In this document: positions 17,586 to 27,416 of the stretch, piece by piece
How the letters are laid out: every line of letters begins with the position of its first letter
Numbering within the stretch: position 1 is the stretch's first letter
From: an uncultured Acidobacteriota bacterium
Lineage (GTDB): Bacteria; Acidobacteriota; Polarisedimenticolia; J045
Assembly (NCBI GenBank): GCA_963702425.1
Contig: CAVPCQ010000041.1
Span: 1-38,780 of the forward strand
Direction: 5' to 3'
DNA: 38,780 bases
Program-made: the position numbers and the translations under genes
Notes under the pieces: model-generated
The model's database searches: none
What the model was told of the DNA's origin: nothing
The model's input: the letters and a program-made list of their open reading frames with translations, nothing else

Positions 17586-19031
17586 TTACGCCGGCGCCCC
17601 CAGCTCGATCCCGGTGACTTTCAATTGGTTGGCGAAGCCCGGCCGGTCGACGGCCTTGGCGTGGGCTTCCGCCGGCTCCACCAGGCCGCGCTTGACCAGC
17701 TCGAGCAGTGCGTCGTTGAGCATCACCATTCCGAACTTCTTCCCGGTCTGCATGATCGAGGGGAGCTGGAAGGTCTTCCCTTCGCGGATCAGGTTGGCGA
17801 CCGGCGGGGTGCCGACCAGGACCTCGAGCGCCGCGACGCGGCCGCCGCCGATCTTCCGGCAGAGGTTCTGCGCGATGACCCCGCGCAGGGACTCCGACAG
17901 CATCGTCCGGACCTGGGCCTGCTGCTCGGGCGGGAACTGGTCGATCAGCCGGTCGACGGTCGAGATCGCGGTCGTGGTGTGCAGCGTCGCGAACACCAGG
18001 TGCCCGGTCTCGGCGGTCTCGATCGCGATCGCGATCGTCTCCAGATCGCGAAGCTCGCCGACCAGCACGATGTCCGGGTCCTCGCGCAGCGCCGCGCGGA
18101 GCGCCCGCTTGAAGGAGGTCGTGTGGGTTCCGACCTCGCGCTGGTTGATCAGGCAATTCCGGCTCTCGTGCACGAACTCGATCGGGTCCTCGATCGTGAT
18201 CACGTGGTCGCGGCGGATCGTGTTGACGTGGTCGATCAGCGCCGTCAGCGTCGTCGACTTGCCGGAGCCGGTCGGCCCCGTGACGAGCACCAGCCCCTTG
18301 GTCAGCCGGCAGAGCTCGAGGATGGCGGGAGAGAGCCCGAGATCCTCGGCGGTGAGGATCTTCGCCGGGATCTGGCGGAAGACGGCGCCCGGCCCCTTGC
18401 GGTCGGCGAAGAAGTTGGCGCGGAAGCGCGCCACGCCCGGCAGCGCGTAGGCGAAATCGGTGTCGTGGCAGGCCGCGTATTCCTCGCGGTTCACGGGCGG
18501 CGCGATCGGCTCGATCAGGCCGCGGACCTGGTCCGCGGCCAGCACCGGCCACTCCTCGATCCGCACGATCTCGCCGTCCACGCGGAGGATCGGCTTCTCG
18601 CCGGTCGACAGGTGCAGGTCCGAGGCCCGCCGGGCGACCGCGAGCTGGAACAGCTCGTCGATCGGGAAGGACCGCGCCGGCGTCATCGCGCCGGCCGGCG
18701 GCGCGGGGGCGGCGGGCGCGGGGGTCTCCGGTCCCGGGGTGACGGTCGCCTCGACCCGGTCGCCCGCAGCCGAGGCCAGGAGACGCAGCGGGGGCAGGCC
18801 GGGGCGGCGCAGCTCGACGTCCAGTCGACCGACCTCAGTCAGCCGCGCCAGGGCCTCGGCCTCCACCACCTCTCCCAGCAGCGCCAGCAGCTGGGCGGCC
18901 GTCGGCTGCGACTTCCCGGCCGGCTGCGGCCCGTCGGGGAAGGAGAAGACGGGCGTCCGGTCGGCCTCCAGGGCCAGGCCGAGCGCGCCGCGCTGACACA
19001 TCGCTTCGAAGAACCGATCGAGTTGCGCCAA
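17586..19031 (-). CDS. pilT: Type IV pilus retraction ATPase PilT/PilU with additional N-terminal domain
   Basis: ASDLHL, RFRAN, GPTGSGKSTT, TIEDPIE, ALREDPDIVLVGE and ETGHLVFATLH. Confidence 0.9.
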   Translation of the reverse strand: MAQLDRFFEAMCQRGALGLALEADRTPVFSFPDGPQPAGKSQPTAAQLLALLGEVVEAEALARLTEVGRLDVELRRPGLPPLRLLASAAGDRVEATVTPGPETPAPAAPAPPAGAMTPARSFPIDELFQLAVARRASDLHLSTGEKPILRVDGEIVRIEEWPVLAADQVRGLIEPIAPPVNREEYAACHDTDFAYALPGVARFRANFFADRKGPGAVFRQIPAKILTAEDLGLSPAILELCRLTKGLVLVTGPTGSGKSTTLTALIDHVNTIRRDHVITIEDPIEFVHESRNCLINQREVGTHTTSFKRALRAALREDPDIVLVGELRDLETIAIAIETAETGHLVFATLHTTTAISTVDRLIDQFPPEQQAQVRTMLSESLRGVIAQNLCRKIGGGRVAALEVLVGTPPVANLIREGKTFQLPSIMQTGKKFGMVMLNDALLELVKRGLVEPAEAHAKAVDRPGFANQLKVTGIELGAPA

Positions 19032-19115
19032 GGCCGCCGTCCCGCGTCTACCCCTCCGGCGAATCTAGGCGGGAGAGGTGCGACCGTCGAGCGGCCGGCC
19101 GCACCGGGCTTACGG

Positions 19116-19148
19116 AAAGAAAAAGGGCCGGGGTCCGCCCCGGCCCTT
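19116..19148 (-). terminator. Rho-independent terminator of the porin operon
   Basis: 11-bp stem AAGGGCCGGGG/CCCCGGCCCTT with a 4-nt loop, followed on the minus strand by a T-rich tail, about 20 bp after the stop at 19170. Confidence 0.85.
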
Positions 19149-19169
19149 CGTCCCGAGCGGCGCCCCCGC

Positions 19170-20729
19170 CTACATGAAGAACGAGAGCATCGCGTACCAG
19201 ATCGGGTTGCGCCGGTCGATCGAGCCGGTGCGGCGCTGGTAGTCGAAGTAGTCGGTGGAGGCGACGTTCGACGGGACGTAGCTGTAGTAGATGTCCTGCA
19301 CGTTGTCGGTGGACTTCCGGTTCTGCCAGCCGACCTCGATCTTCAGGTTGTTCTTCCGCAGGTAGTAGTTGAAGCCGACGCCCCACTGCTGGTACTCCTC
19401 CTGCACCGTCACGAGGTTCGGGAGCGGGAAGGTGACCGGCTCCCCGGGACCCGAGGGCGTCAGCGCGGGCGGCCCGTACGGCAGCGGTTCGAGGGTCGGC
19501 TCACGGAGCGAGATCGACGCCCACCGGGCGGAGATCTGGGCGTTCGGGGCCACGAAGACGCCCGCCTCGGCCTGCAGCACGTCGAACGGCATGTTGCGCC
19601 GGAAGGTGGTCACCGCGCCGGCCGGGATCTGGAACGGGGCCTGGGGCAGGGGGGTGTTGGACCAGGTCCCGCCGTCGTCCCACTGCAGATCCTGGTAGCT
19701 CGCCGCGAATACGACGGCCGAGCCGCGGATCGCGAAGAACGCCTCCCACCCGCGCGTCGAGTAGGGGTTGGCCTCGCAATCCTGCGAAAGGCCGCTGAGA
19801 CAGAAGAGACCGGTCTCGGTATCGACCTGGCCGCCGTTGTAGTTGTCGAGGTAAGCGAAGCCGAAGGTGTACTGCAGCTCGTTCGGCTTCGAAAGTCCCG
19901 TCAGGTCGTACGCGAAGCCGCCCTTGTTCTGAGTCTCGATCCGCGCCACGATCTGCGGCCGGTTCGTGTCGCCGCTGATTCGCGGTTCCGCGGCCTCGCT
20001 GTCCTGCAGTGCCACGCTGGCGACGAGCCGGCTGTCCCAGAATCGGCCGACACCCATCACGCCGGCGGCGTAGGTCGGATCGACGGCCTGAGCCGCCTCG
20101 GAGTAGTTCGGGAACAGCTGGTCGTACTTCTCCACCATCGTGAAGAAGTCGAACGGGGCCCGGAACTGACCCACGAGCCCATAGACCCCCTTCTCGTCGC
20201 CGAGCTGGACGTAGGCGTCGAGCAGCTCGGCCTTTCCCTCGCCGAACTCCCCCTCGAACTTGTAGCGCAGCCACGGCGCAAAGGCGTGGCCGTCGAGAAT
20301 CATCCGGGCGCTCAGCAGCGTGAACGAGTCGTCGTAGGGGTAGCGCGTGTCGTTCCGGTCAGGGATCGCGTTCGGCCCCTGCGTGACCGGGTCCTGCTTG
20401 TTGAACCAGTTGTACAGGCCGCCCTCGAAGTCGATGAAGAGGTGCTCGCGCGTCAGCTCCGGCTGGAGCAGGACGTGCGCAGTGAGCGAGAAGCGCTCGC
20501 CCTGGGCGAGCGTGAACCCCTCCTCGCTGGCCTTGAACGTCCAGTCCGTGCCGCTGATCGGTTTCGTCTCCGGCGCCTTCTCGGCGTCGGCCTTCGGGTC
20601 TTCCGTCTTGGGTTCCTCGGCCTTCGGCTGCTCCGGCGGCGTCTCCTGGGCGACGGCCAGCGTGACCGCTACCGGGAGAACGAACAGCGCGAGGAGCAGG
20701 ATTCCGGCACCGAGCCGCGTCCGTGTCAT
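19170..20729 (-). CDS. Outer-membrane porin, OprO/OprP (phosphate-selective porin)-like
   Basis: ATG 20729 follows GAGGAG. Signal peptide, LLDAYV, GQFRAPF, GFNYY and amphipathic beta strands; paralogue of the upstream gene. Confidence 0.75.
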   Translation of the reverse strand: MTRTRLGAGILLLALFVLPVAVTLAVAQETPPEQPKAEEPKTEDPKADAEKAPETKPISGTDWTFKASEEGFTLAQGERFSLTAHVLLQPELTREHLFIDFEGGLYNWFNKQDPVTQGPNAIPDRNDTRYPYDDSFTLLSARMILDGHAFAPWLRYKFEGEFGEGKAELLDAYVQLGDEKGVYGLVGQFRAPFDFFTMVEKYDQLFPNYSEAAQAVDPTYAAGVMGVGRFWDSRLVASVALQDSEAAEPRISGDTNRPQIVARIETQNKGGFAYDLTGLSKPNELQYTFGFAYLDNYNGGQVDTETGLFCLSGLSQDCEANPYSTRGWEAFFAIRGSAVVFAASYQDLQWDDGGTWSNTPLPQAPFQIPAGAVTTFRRNMPFDVLQAEAGVFVAPNAQISARWASISLREPTLEPLPYGPPALTPSGPGEPVTFPLPNLVTVQEEYQQWGVGFNYYLRKNNLKIEVGWQNRKSTDNVQDIYYSYVPSNVASTDYFDYQRRTGSIDRRNPIWYAMLSFFM

Positions 20730-20746
20730 GACTGACTCTCCTCGGC

Positions 20747-22036
20747 TCAGATGTAGAAGGCGAGCATCGCCAGGAAGCTGTCGATGGACCGCTCGGTGGT
20801 GCCCCAGCCCACGATCGAGTCGTCGTTGTAGGTTTCCTTCGTGTTCCCGTAGTTGATCATCAGCTTCAGGTTGTTCTGGAAGAAGTAGTAGTTCGTGCCG
20901 ATGTTCCACTGCTTGATCTTGAAGTCGCTGATCACCGAGCCGTCGCCGAACGTGATGTCCACCGCGTCCTTCATGTTCAGCTGGTCGTAGCGGCCCGCGA
21001 TCTCCCACTTGGGGGTCACGAAGAAGCCGGCCTCGAGCGCGTAGGCGTCGTAATCGACGTCGGCCGGGTCACCGTTCTCGTCCGCCGCGAGCCGCTCGTC
21101 CGACTCGAGCTGGTAGGTGGCGTTGATCTGGAAGCTCTTCCCGCGGAGCGCGCCGAAGAACTCGAGGTTGCTGCGCGAGCGGTTGTCCCAGGTGCAGCTC
21201 GTGCTGACGCCGATCACGCAGGGATAGCTGCCGGACGCCTTGTCGAGCGGCACTTCCTCCTCGATCGGGACGTCGCCGACGAGCAGGCTCCGCGGGTTGC
21301 TCTGGTACGCGGCCCCGATCGTGTACTCGAGCTTCTCGGGGTGCTCGATCGCCGTCGCGAGGTACTTGAACCCGCCCTCGTTCTGGAACTCGAAGCGGGC
21401 CCCCAGCAGGAAGGCCCCGTCATTGGCCGTCGTGTTGGGGCCGTTGCCGTTGCCGATCATCGCGGCCCAGTTGAAGCGCCTGTCCTTGGTCGAGCCGCGG
21501 TACATGACGCCGATGTCGCGATTGGCGGGAGTGAGGAAGACGTTCGCCGCCGGCCGCTCGATGAACATCAGGGTCTTCGAGCTGTAGAGGTCGAACAGGT
21601 CGTAAGGCTTCTTGAACTGACCGATCCGCCAGTTGTTGTAGTTGTTGAAGTCCATGTCCACGTACAGGTCGGTCGCCCGCGTCTTCCCCAGGCCGAAGTC
21701 GACCTCGAGCTTGTACTTGAACCACGGCGCGAAGGCGCCGCCGCTCAGCGCGATGCGGGCGCGCCGCATCGAGAAGTCGCTCACGGGATCGACGTTGGTG
21801 TCCTCGACGCCATCGTAGAGCGGACCCGAGAAGTCGAAGTTCTCGTCGAGGTAGCTGAACAGCCCCTGCAACTGAACGCCGAAGCTCATCGAGTAGTCGC
21901 CGTCCTTGATCGTGAAGCCCTTCCACGGGAACGACGGTTTCGTTTCGGCCGGTGCGGCCTCCTCCGCTGCTAGCACCACCCCCGCCGCCACCACCACGAG
22001 GCAGATCATCGCCAGCGTCCGCCATGCCATGCGCAT
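20747..22036 (-). CDS. Outer-membrane porin, OprO/OprP (phosphate-selective porin)-like
   Basis: Signal peptide, FSMRRARIALSG, GQFKKPY...SSKTLMFIER, RDIG, EIAGRYD and GTNYY..NNLKLMINY; GAGGAG RBS. Confidence 0.82.
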   Translation of the reverse strand: MRMAWRTLAMICLVVVAAGVVLAAEEAAPAETKPSFPWKGFTIKDGDYSMSFGVQLQGLFSYLDENFDFSGPLYDGVEDTNVDPVSDFSMRRARIALSGGAFAPWFKYKLEVDFGLGKTRATDLYVDMDFNNYNNWRIGQFKKPYDLFDLYSSKTLMFIERPAANVFLTPANRDIGVMYRGSTKDRRFNWAAMIGNGNGPNTTANDGAFLLGARFEFQNEGGFKYLATAIEHPEKLEYTIGAAYQSNPRSLLVGDVPIEEEVPLDKASGSYPCVIGVSTSCTWDNRSRSNLEFFGALRGKSFQINATYQLESDERLAADENGDPADVDYDAYALEAGFFVTPKWEIAGRYDQLNMKDAVDITFGDGSVISDFKIKQWNIGTNYYFFQNNLKLMINYGNTKETYNDDSIVGWGTTERSIDSFLAMLAFYI

Positions 22037-22151
22037 CGCTCGTTCTCCTCTCTTCGTCCCGGCCGCCGCCGGCGCCGTGGGGAATCCGACGCCGAGCCGC
22101 GAGGCGAATCCCGACCGCGGGAGCGCGGCCCCCGGGACTTCAGGCCGGCGC

Positions 22152-22181
22152 AGGATAGCGAAGCCGCCGGGGGGGGCACAA
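22152..22181 (-). promoter_or_regulatory. Possible sigma70-type promoter of the porin operon
   Basis: TTGTGC-N18-TATCCT on the minus strand, about 115 bp upstream of the start. Confidence 0.3.
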
Positions 22182-22257
22182 CAGCGGGTCGACCGGGGGT
22201 GCGGGGCGGGGACCGCGGAAACAGCGGAAACCGCGGAGCGCGCGGCCCTCCGTCCGG

Positions 22258-22554
22258 TCAGGCGCGGGCGTCGAGGTGCAGGCCGAGCGCCCCGGGGTGC
22301 GCCGAAGGCGGCAACAGCAGGCGGACGGCGGCCAGCGCGGTGTAGGCCAGGACCGTCCCAAGGGCAGCGTTCCGGTCGCCGGTGCCGGGGACCGGTTCGA
22401 CGGCCTCGCGCGGTCCCCGGCGCGTGGGCCGGGCCGCCGGCTCGGGCCGGGTCTCCAGCCGGGCCCGCAGGCCGAAGCGCACGGCGGCCGGAGAGTCCGC
22501 GGAGGGACCCTGCGGAACCCGCTCGAAGACGGCTTCGATCGCGACCGGGCTCAT
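22258..22554 (-). CDS. Small hypothetical protein (98 aa)
   Basis: ATG follows GGGAGAGG. It fills an otherwise empty gap and ends in GLHLDARA. Confidence 0.45.
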   Translation of the reverse strand: MSPVAIEAVFERVPQGPSADSPAAVRFGLRARLETRPEPAARPTRRGPREAVEPVPGTGDRNAALGTVLAYTALAAVRLLLPPSAHPGALGLHLDARA

Positions 22555-22662
22555 CCTGGGCCTCTCCCGAATCTAGGGCGGCGGGTGTTCGATTTCCATC
22601 CACCCGGGAGGGGCGGGGGGCCGGGCTTCGACGGCGGGCGCGGTTCGCGCCACCATGAGGCG

Positions 22663-23490
22663 ATGGCGGCCCCCGCGCGCTCGATCCTCCTCGCCACGGC
22701 CACGGCGCTCTCCGCGCTGTGGGCGCTCCCGCGGGCGGCTTCGGCCGAGCCGCCGGCGAACCTGCCACCGTCCGGGCCAGCGGCCCCGGCGGCCTCCCAG
22801 CCGGCTCCCCCCGCCACGACACCGGTGCCGGGCTTCGGCCGGCTGCGCGGCGAACTGCGCAGCCCCGAGCGCCAGCCGATCCCGGGCGCCCAGGTGGCCG
22901 CCAGCCGTACGGAGGGGCCGCCGGTACTCGTCCTGACGGTCTCGAACGACGACGGCCTGGTCTCGGTCGACGGCGTGCCCACGGGCGTCTACGAAGCCCG
23001 TGCGCGGGCCGCCGGGTTCCTACCCGGGACCGTCAAGGCGCTGCACGTCGGGGGGCCGTTCCGGACCGTCTCGGACTTCGTGATGAAGCGCGGGCTGGCG
23101 CCGCAGGAGGAACTCGTGCTGGCCCCCGCGCCGGCCGCCGGCGGCGAGACTTCGAGCGACGGGCCGGCCCTGCAGGCGGTCGCCGTCACGGTCGTCGGGG
23201 AGAAGGGGCAGCCGGTCGCGGGGGTCCTGGTCCGGTTCCAGCCCGACGGTCACCGCGCCGACCCCGCCCAGGCGAGGACCGGAGCGGATGGCCGGGTCAC
23301 GCTCGGGCCGCTCTCGCCGGGAGCCTGGCGCGTCCAGATCTACCGGGCCGGCTGGACCCGCCTCGCTCCGCCCCGCCTGCGCTGGAGCGGTGGCCCGCTG
23401 ACCGTCCTCGCGCGCATCCTGCCGACGCTCGAGCGCGCGGTGCCGACCGTCGACGAGCTCGTTCCGCCGCCGCGCCTGATTCCACCCTGA
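22663..23490 (+). CDS. Secreted protein with two carboxypeptidase-regulatory-like (transthyretin-like) domains
   Basis: Signal peptide and Pro-rich linker, then G.LRG...QPIPGAQV...SNDDG...GVYEARARAAGF, repeated as GQPVAGV...TGADG...PGAWRV...GW. Confidence 0.75.
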   Translation: MAAPARSILLATATALSALWALPRAASAEPPANLPPSGPAAPAASQPAPPATTPVPGFGRLRGELRSPERQPIPGAQVAASRTEGPPVLVLTVSNDDGLVSVDGVPTGVYEARARAAGFLPGTVKALHVGGPFRTVSDFVMKRGLAPQEELVLAPAPAAGGETSSDGPALQAVAVTVVGEKGQPVAGVLVRFQPDGHRADPAQARTGADGRVTLGPLSPGAWRVQIYRAGWTRLAPPRLRWSGGPLTVLARILPTLERAVPTVDELVPPPRLIPP

Positions 23491-23537
23491 CGGTTGCAGT
23501 CCCCGCGCGACCAACCGGCTTGCGGTTGCTGTCCCCG
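23491..23537. repeat. Short direct repeats of a dispersed GGGGACAG-type element between convergent stops
   Basis: CGGTTGCAGTCCCCG (23491-23505) and CGGTTGCTGTCCCCG (23523-23537). 23514-23537 matches the reverse complement of 36735-36758 at 22/24. Confidence 0.7.
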
Positions 23538-24722
23538 TCAGGGTTCGACCGCGTGGTAGCCGCGGCGGTACCGGACGTCGGCGCCGGAGGGGATCCCGGT
23601 GACCTCGACCCCGATCGGCACGAAACGGCCGTCGAAGGTCTGGTTGTCCGAGGCGTAGACCACCTGGTAGAGCGTGCGCAGCTCCTCCGCGATCGCTTCG
23701 TAGGTCCCGGCGAGCTCCTTGGCCTCGCTGACGAAGAAGGCCCGCCCGCCGGTGTCGTCGGCCAGCTCGCGCAGCACCTGCCGGGCCGTGCTGAGGGCCC
23801 CCGTCTGCAGGCCGATCGCGTAGACGGTGACGTCCGACAGGCGCGCCTGGTCCCGCACCTCCTCGAAGGCGATCCGCGACTGCGTGTCGTCCCCATCGGA
23901 GAGCACCACGATCGCGCGGCGATCCGCGGAGGTCTCGTGCAGCAGCCGGTAGGCGGCGCGCAGCGCCTCGTAGAGCGCCGTCCCGCCGAGCGCCTCGGTC
24001 GAGCGGAGCGACCGGCACAGCGACGCGTGGTCGGACGAGTTGGGGTGGATCAGGAAGACGTTGTCGTCGAAGTTGATGACCAGCGCCCTGTCCTTCTCCG
24101 TGAGCGCCTCGACGAAGCTGCAGGCCGCTTCCTGCGCGTCGATCATTCGCTCCTTCATCGAGCCGGAGCTGTCGAGCACGATCGCCACCGCGAGCGGCCG
24201 CTTGTCGGTGGAGACCGACAGGACTTTCTGCGGCTTGCCCGCCTCGGTGACGGTGAAGTTGTCCGCGCCGAGTCCCTGCACGACGCGGCGCTGGGCGTCG
24301 CGGACCGAGACGTCGAGCAGCACGCGCTGGACGTTGACCACGAACTGGAGGTCGACCGACTTGGTGACCACGAAGGCCGAGGTGGTCGGGCCGTCGCGAT
24401 GGACGGCGATGACCCGCACCACGTGCGTCCCGCCCTTCTTGCCGAAGTCGTGCAGGACCTGCCACGGCGCGGCGGTGTCGCTGAAGACGAGCTTGTCGTC
24501 GACGTAGAAGTCGACGCGCTCGACGTCCTCCTCGCGGGGGGCGGTGACCGCCGCCCGAAGGGTCGTCTTGCCCGTCACCACGCCGCCGCTCTTCGGCTCG
24601 ACGATCTCGACCTTGAAGCCGCGGCGCGGCGCGAGGTCCTGCGCCGCCGCGGGCAGCATCCCGGCCCCGGCCCCGGCCGTGACGGCCAGCGCGCCCAGCA
24701 GCGTGACGAGGGGACGGGTCAC
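23538..24722 (-). CDS. Secreted Ig-like + VWA domain protein (acidobacterial VWFA-type)
   Basis: Signal peptide, Ig-like domain (VDFYVDDK...APW), MIDAS DSSGSM, TALYEA, LSDGDD, TGGRAF and the VRYRRGY tail. Confidence 0.88.
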   Translation of the reverse strand: MTRPLVTLLGALAVTAGAGAGMLPAAAQDLAPRRGFKVEIVEPKSGGVVTGKTTLRAAVTAPREEDVERVDFYVDDKLVFSDTAAPWQVLHDFGKKGGTHVVRVIAVHRDGPTTSAFVVTKSVDLQFVVNVQRVLLDVSVRDAQRRVVQGLGADNFTVTEAGKPQKVLSVSTDKRPLAVAIVLDSSGSMKERMIDAQEAACSFVEALTEKDRALVINFDDNVFLIHPNSSDHASLCRSLRSTEALGGTALYEALRAAYRLLHETSADRRAIVVLSDGDDTQSRIAFEEVRDQARLSDVTVYAIGLQTGALSTARQVLRELADDTGGRAFFVSEAKELAGTYEAIAEELRTLYQVVYASDNQTFDGRFVPIGVEVTGIPSGADVRYRRGYHAVEP

Positions 24723-26261
24723 TTCTTCCGCTCGTCGGCCGGCAGGGTCGACGGCCGGGCGGCAGGGTCGAGCGTGCGCAGCGCTTCCACGACGCGCGCG
24801 GTCTCGTCGGGGGGCGGCCCGGCCGCGAGCAACGCCTGCAGCGCGGCGGTCGCGGCGTCGCGATCGCCGGCGGCGAGCGCCAGGCGCGCCAGCCCCGCCT
24901 CCGCGGACCAGCCGCCTCCGGCCTCGAGCGCGCGGCGGTAGGCCTCGGCCGCCCCCGCGGGATCGCCGGTCAGTTCGCGCAGCACCCCGAGGTTGACGAG
25001 GTCGGCGCCGCCGAGCGGCTGCTGCTCCGCGACCTGCAGCAGCAGCTTCTCGGCCTCCAGCATCCGGCCCGCGGAGCCGAGCACGAAGACGGCGCGCCGG
25101 GCCACGGCGAGGTCCCCGGGGGCGCGGGCCACGGCCGACTCGGCCAGTGCGGCCGCTTCCGCAGTCCGTCCGACCGCGATCTGCGTCTCCCCCAGCGCCA
25201 GCAGGTCGGCCGGCGTGGCATCGCCGCTCAGCGCCTTGGCGCCCAGCGACGCCAGCTCGGTCAGCCGTGCGCGCCAGCGCTGCTGGGCCTCACGGCGCAC
25301 CGCGGCCCCTGCGTCGTCGCGCGTCGCGGCGGTCGCTCCGACCGTCTCTCCGAGCTGCGCCAGCGCGTCGTCGAGCCGCCCCGAGCGGCCGAGCGCGTCG
25401 GCCAGCGCCACCTGCGCGCGCGCGAAGCCCGGGTCGATCGCCAGCGCCTGGCGCGCGGCCTCCTCGGCCTCGGGGAGCGCGTCGAGCGCGAGATAGATCT
25501 CGGCCATCAGCACGACCGCGCGCGCGTCGCGGGGCGTCAGGCGGATCGCCTCGCGGGCCGGGGCGAGCGCCTGGTCGGGCAGGCGCGCGCGCAGCAGCGT
25601 ACGGGCCAGCCCCAGTTGAACCTCGGCGTCGTCCGGCCTGAGCCGGGCCGCCTCGCGCGCGTCGTCGAGCGCCAGTTCGATCCGGCTCTTCGAGAGCTGG
25701 TACTCGCCGCGGTGGATCCGGGTCCGCGCGTCGGCCGGGTTGGCCTCGAGCGCCTTGCCGAAGAACTCGAGCGCCTGCGTCTCGTCCCCGGTGGCGATCG
25801 CGACCCGGGCCAAGCCCGTCCCAGGCCGGCGAGTAGTCCTTGCGCACGTCGAGCGCCAGGTAGTACGCGGCGCGGGCACGATCGGGGTTGCCGGCGGAGA
25901 GGTTCGCGTCGCCCAGCGCGACCAGCGTGCCGAGGTGCTTCGGCTCCAGTTCGATCGCGATCTCGAGCACCTTGACCGCCCCGTCGGGGTCGCGCGCCTG
26001 GATCAGCGCGAGCCCGCAGTACCAGTGCGCGTCGTGCGACGAGAGCGCGCGCGCCGCGACCCAGCAGAGATTGTCCGCGGCGGCCCGCGCATCGCCCGTC
26101 TTGAGCTGCCGGATCCCTTCGTTGAGCCGGCGGAACGACTCTTGCCGCACGTCCCCCGCGTTCTCGGCGCGCACCGCGGGGGCCACGAGCACGGCACAGG
26201 TCGCGAACGCGGCCCAGAAGGCGCCGCAAGCGGTCGGGAAGGGGATGCGGCCGCGGGTCAC
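24719..26261 (-). pseudogene. Secreted tetratricopeptide-repeat protein with one extra base near 25812-25817 (likely sequencing error)
   Basis: ORF 25290..26261 reads TPR-like up to YSPAWDGL, and ORF 24719..25879 continues GLARVAIATGD. The span is 1543 nt (3n+1), so removing one base gives one continuous TPR protein. Confidence 0.8.
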
Positions 26262-26322
26262 GCCTGGGCCCTCCGGGCGGCCGGCTGCTGGCGGCCCCCG
26301 GCGGGGCCGGCCGCGGGAGCGG

Positions 26323-27396
26323 CTACGACCGAGCCGCCATCGTGATCCGCAGGCGCAGCTCCCGCAAATCGGGATCGTGCGGATCGAGCTTGATCGCGCG
26401 CTCGATCAGCTCGCGGGCCCGCGCGACGTTCCCCTGGGCCAACTCCACCTCCGCCACCGCGGCCATCGCCCGCGGGTCATCGGGCGCCAGCGCCAGCGCC
26501 CGGCCGGCGAACTCGGCGGCGCGCTTCGGATCCCGGGCCGAGCGGACCAGCCACGCGGCGGCGGCGCGCTGTGCGTCGGGGTCGCCGGGGAAGGCCTCCG
26601 CGCGCCGGATCAGCACCGCCCCCTTGGCCGCCTCCCCCTCCACGCTTCCCGCCAGCTCGACCCAGCGGTCCCAGATCTCCGCTGCGCCGCTCGCCGCCGC
26701 GCAGGGGGTGGCCGCCGCGGAGAGTCGCGCCAGGGCGGCCGCGGGCTGGGCGGCCCCGAGGTCGAGCTCCACGAGGAACAGCACCGCGTCGTCGCCGGCG
26801 TCCCCCGCGCAGGCCGGGTCGGCGGCGAAGGCGCTCTCGGCGGCCGTGCGCGCGCCCGCCGTCTCGCCGCTGCGCCGCAGCTGCCCGGCGACGCGCAGCA
26901 GCTCCGCGGGATCGCCCGCGGCCGCCGTCGTCGCAGCCCGCCCGCCGCCCGACGCGACGCGGGCGCGATCGACGGCCGCGAGGATGTCGGGCGCCTGGCG
27001 GTAGCCTTCGAGCCGCTCGAGCGCCTTCCCGTCGGCGGGGTCGAGCAGCAGCACCAGCGGCAGCCCTTCGATCTGGTAGCGGTCCCTCAGGTCGAGGCCG
27101 GTCCCCTTGACCGCGTCGACCTCGGCCCGCAGCGCGATGACTTCGGGCGCCAGGGCGCGACCGACCTCGTCCTTCGACCAGACCTCGGCGTCCATCACGT
27201 GGCAGTACTTGCACCACGCGGCCCAGGCGTCGAGCAGCACCAGCTTGTGCTGCTCCCGGGCCGCGGCGAGCGCCTGCTCGAAGCTGCCGGAGAACCAGCG
27301 CACCCCTCCGGCTGGCTCGCCCGCGGCGCGAACCGGCAGCAGCGCGGCGGCGAGCAGCGCCGCGGCGATCGCGGTTCCCCGGCGGAGCGTTCCCAT
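26323..27396 (-). CDS. Secreted thioredoxin-fold + TPR protein
   Basis: Signal peptide, KLVLLDAWAAWCKYC (CxxC), cis-Pro loop GLP and C-terminal TPR helices. Confidence 0.85.
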   Translation of the reverse strand: MGTLRRGTAIAAALLAAALLPVRAAGEPAGGVRWFSGSFEQALAAAREQHKLVLLDAWAAWCKYCHVMDAEVWSKDEVGRALAPEVIALRAEVDAVKGTGLDLRDRYQIEGLPLVLLLDPADGKALERLEGYRQAPDILAAVDRARVASGGGRAATTAAAGDPAELLRVAGQLRRSGETAGARTAAESAFAADPACAGDAGDDAVLFLVELDLGAAQPAAALARLSAAATPCAAASGAAEIWDRWVELAGSVEGEAAKGAVLIRRAEAFPGDPDAQRAAAAWLVRSARDPKRAAEFAGRALALAPDDPRAMAAVAEVELAQGNVARARELIERAIKLDPHDPDLRELRLRITMAARS

Positions 27397-27416
27397 GAGG
27401 CCCTCGGCGGCCGCGG

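Noticed and set aside
25805-25825. Programmed frameshifting or phase variation at the three broken genes
   Set aside because: There are no slippery heptamers or long homopolymers, only 3-base G runs; sequencing error is simpler.
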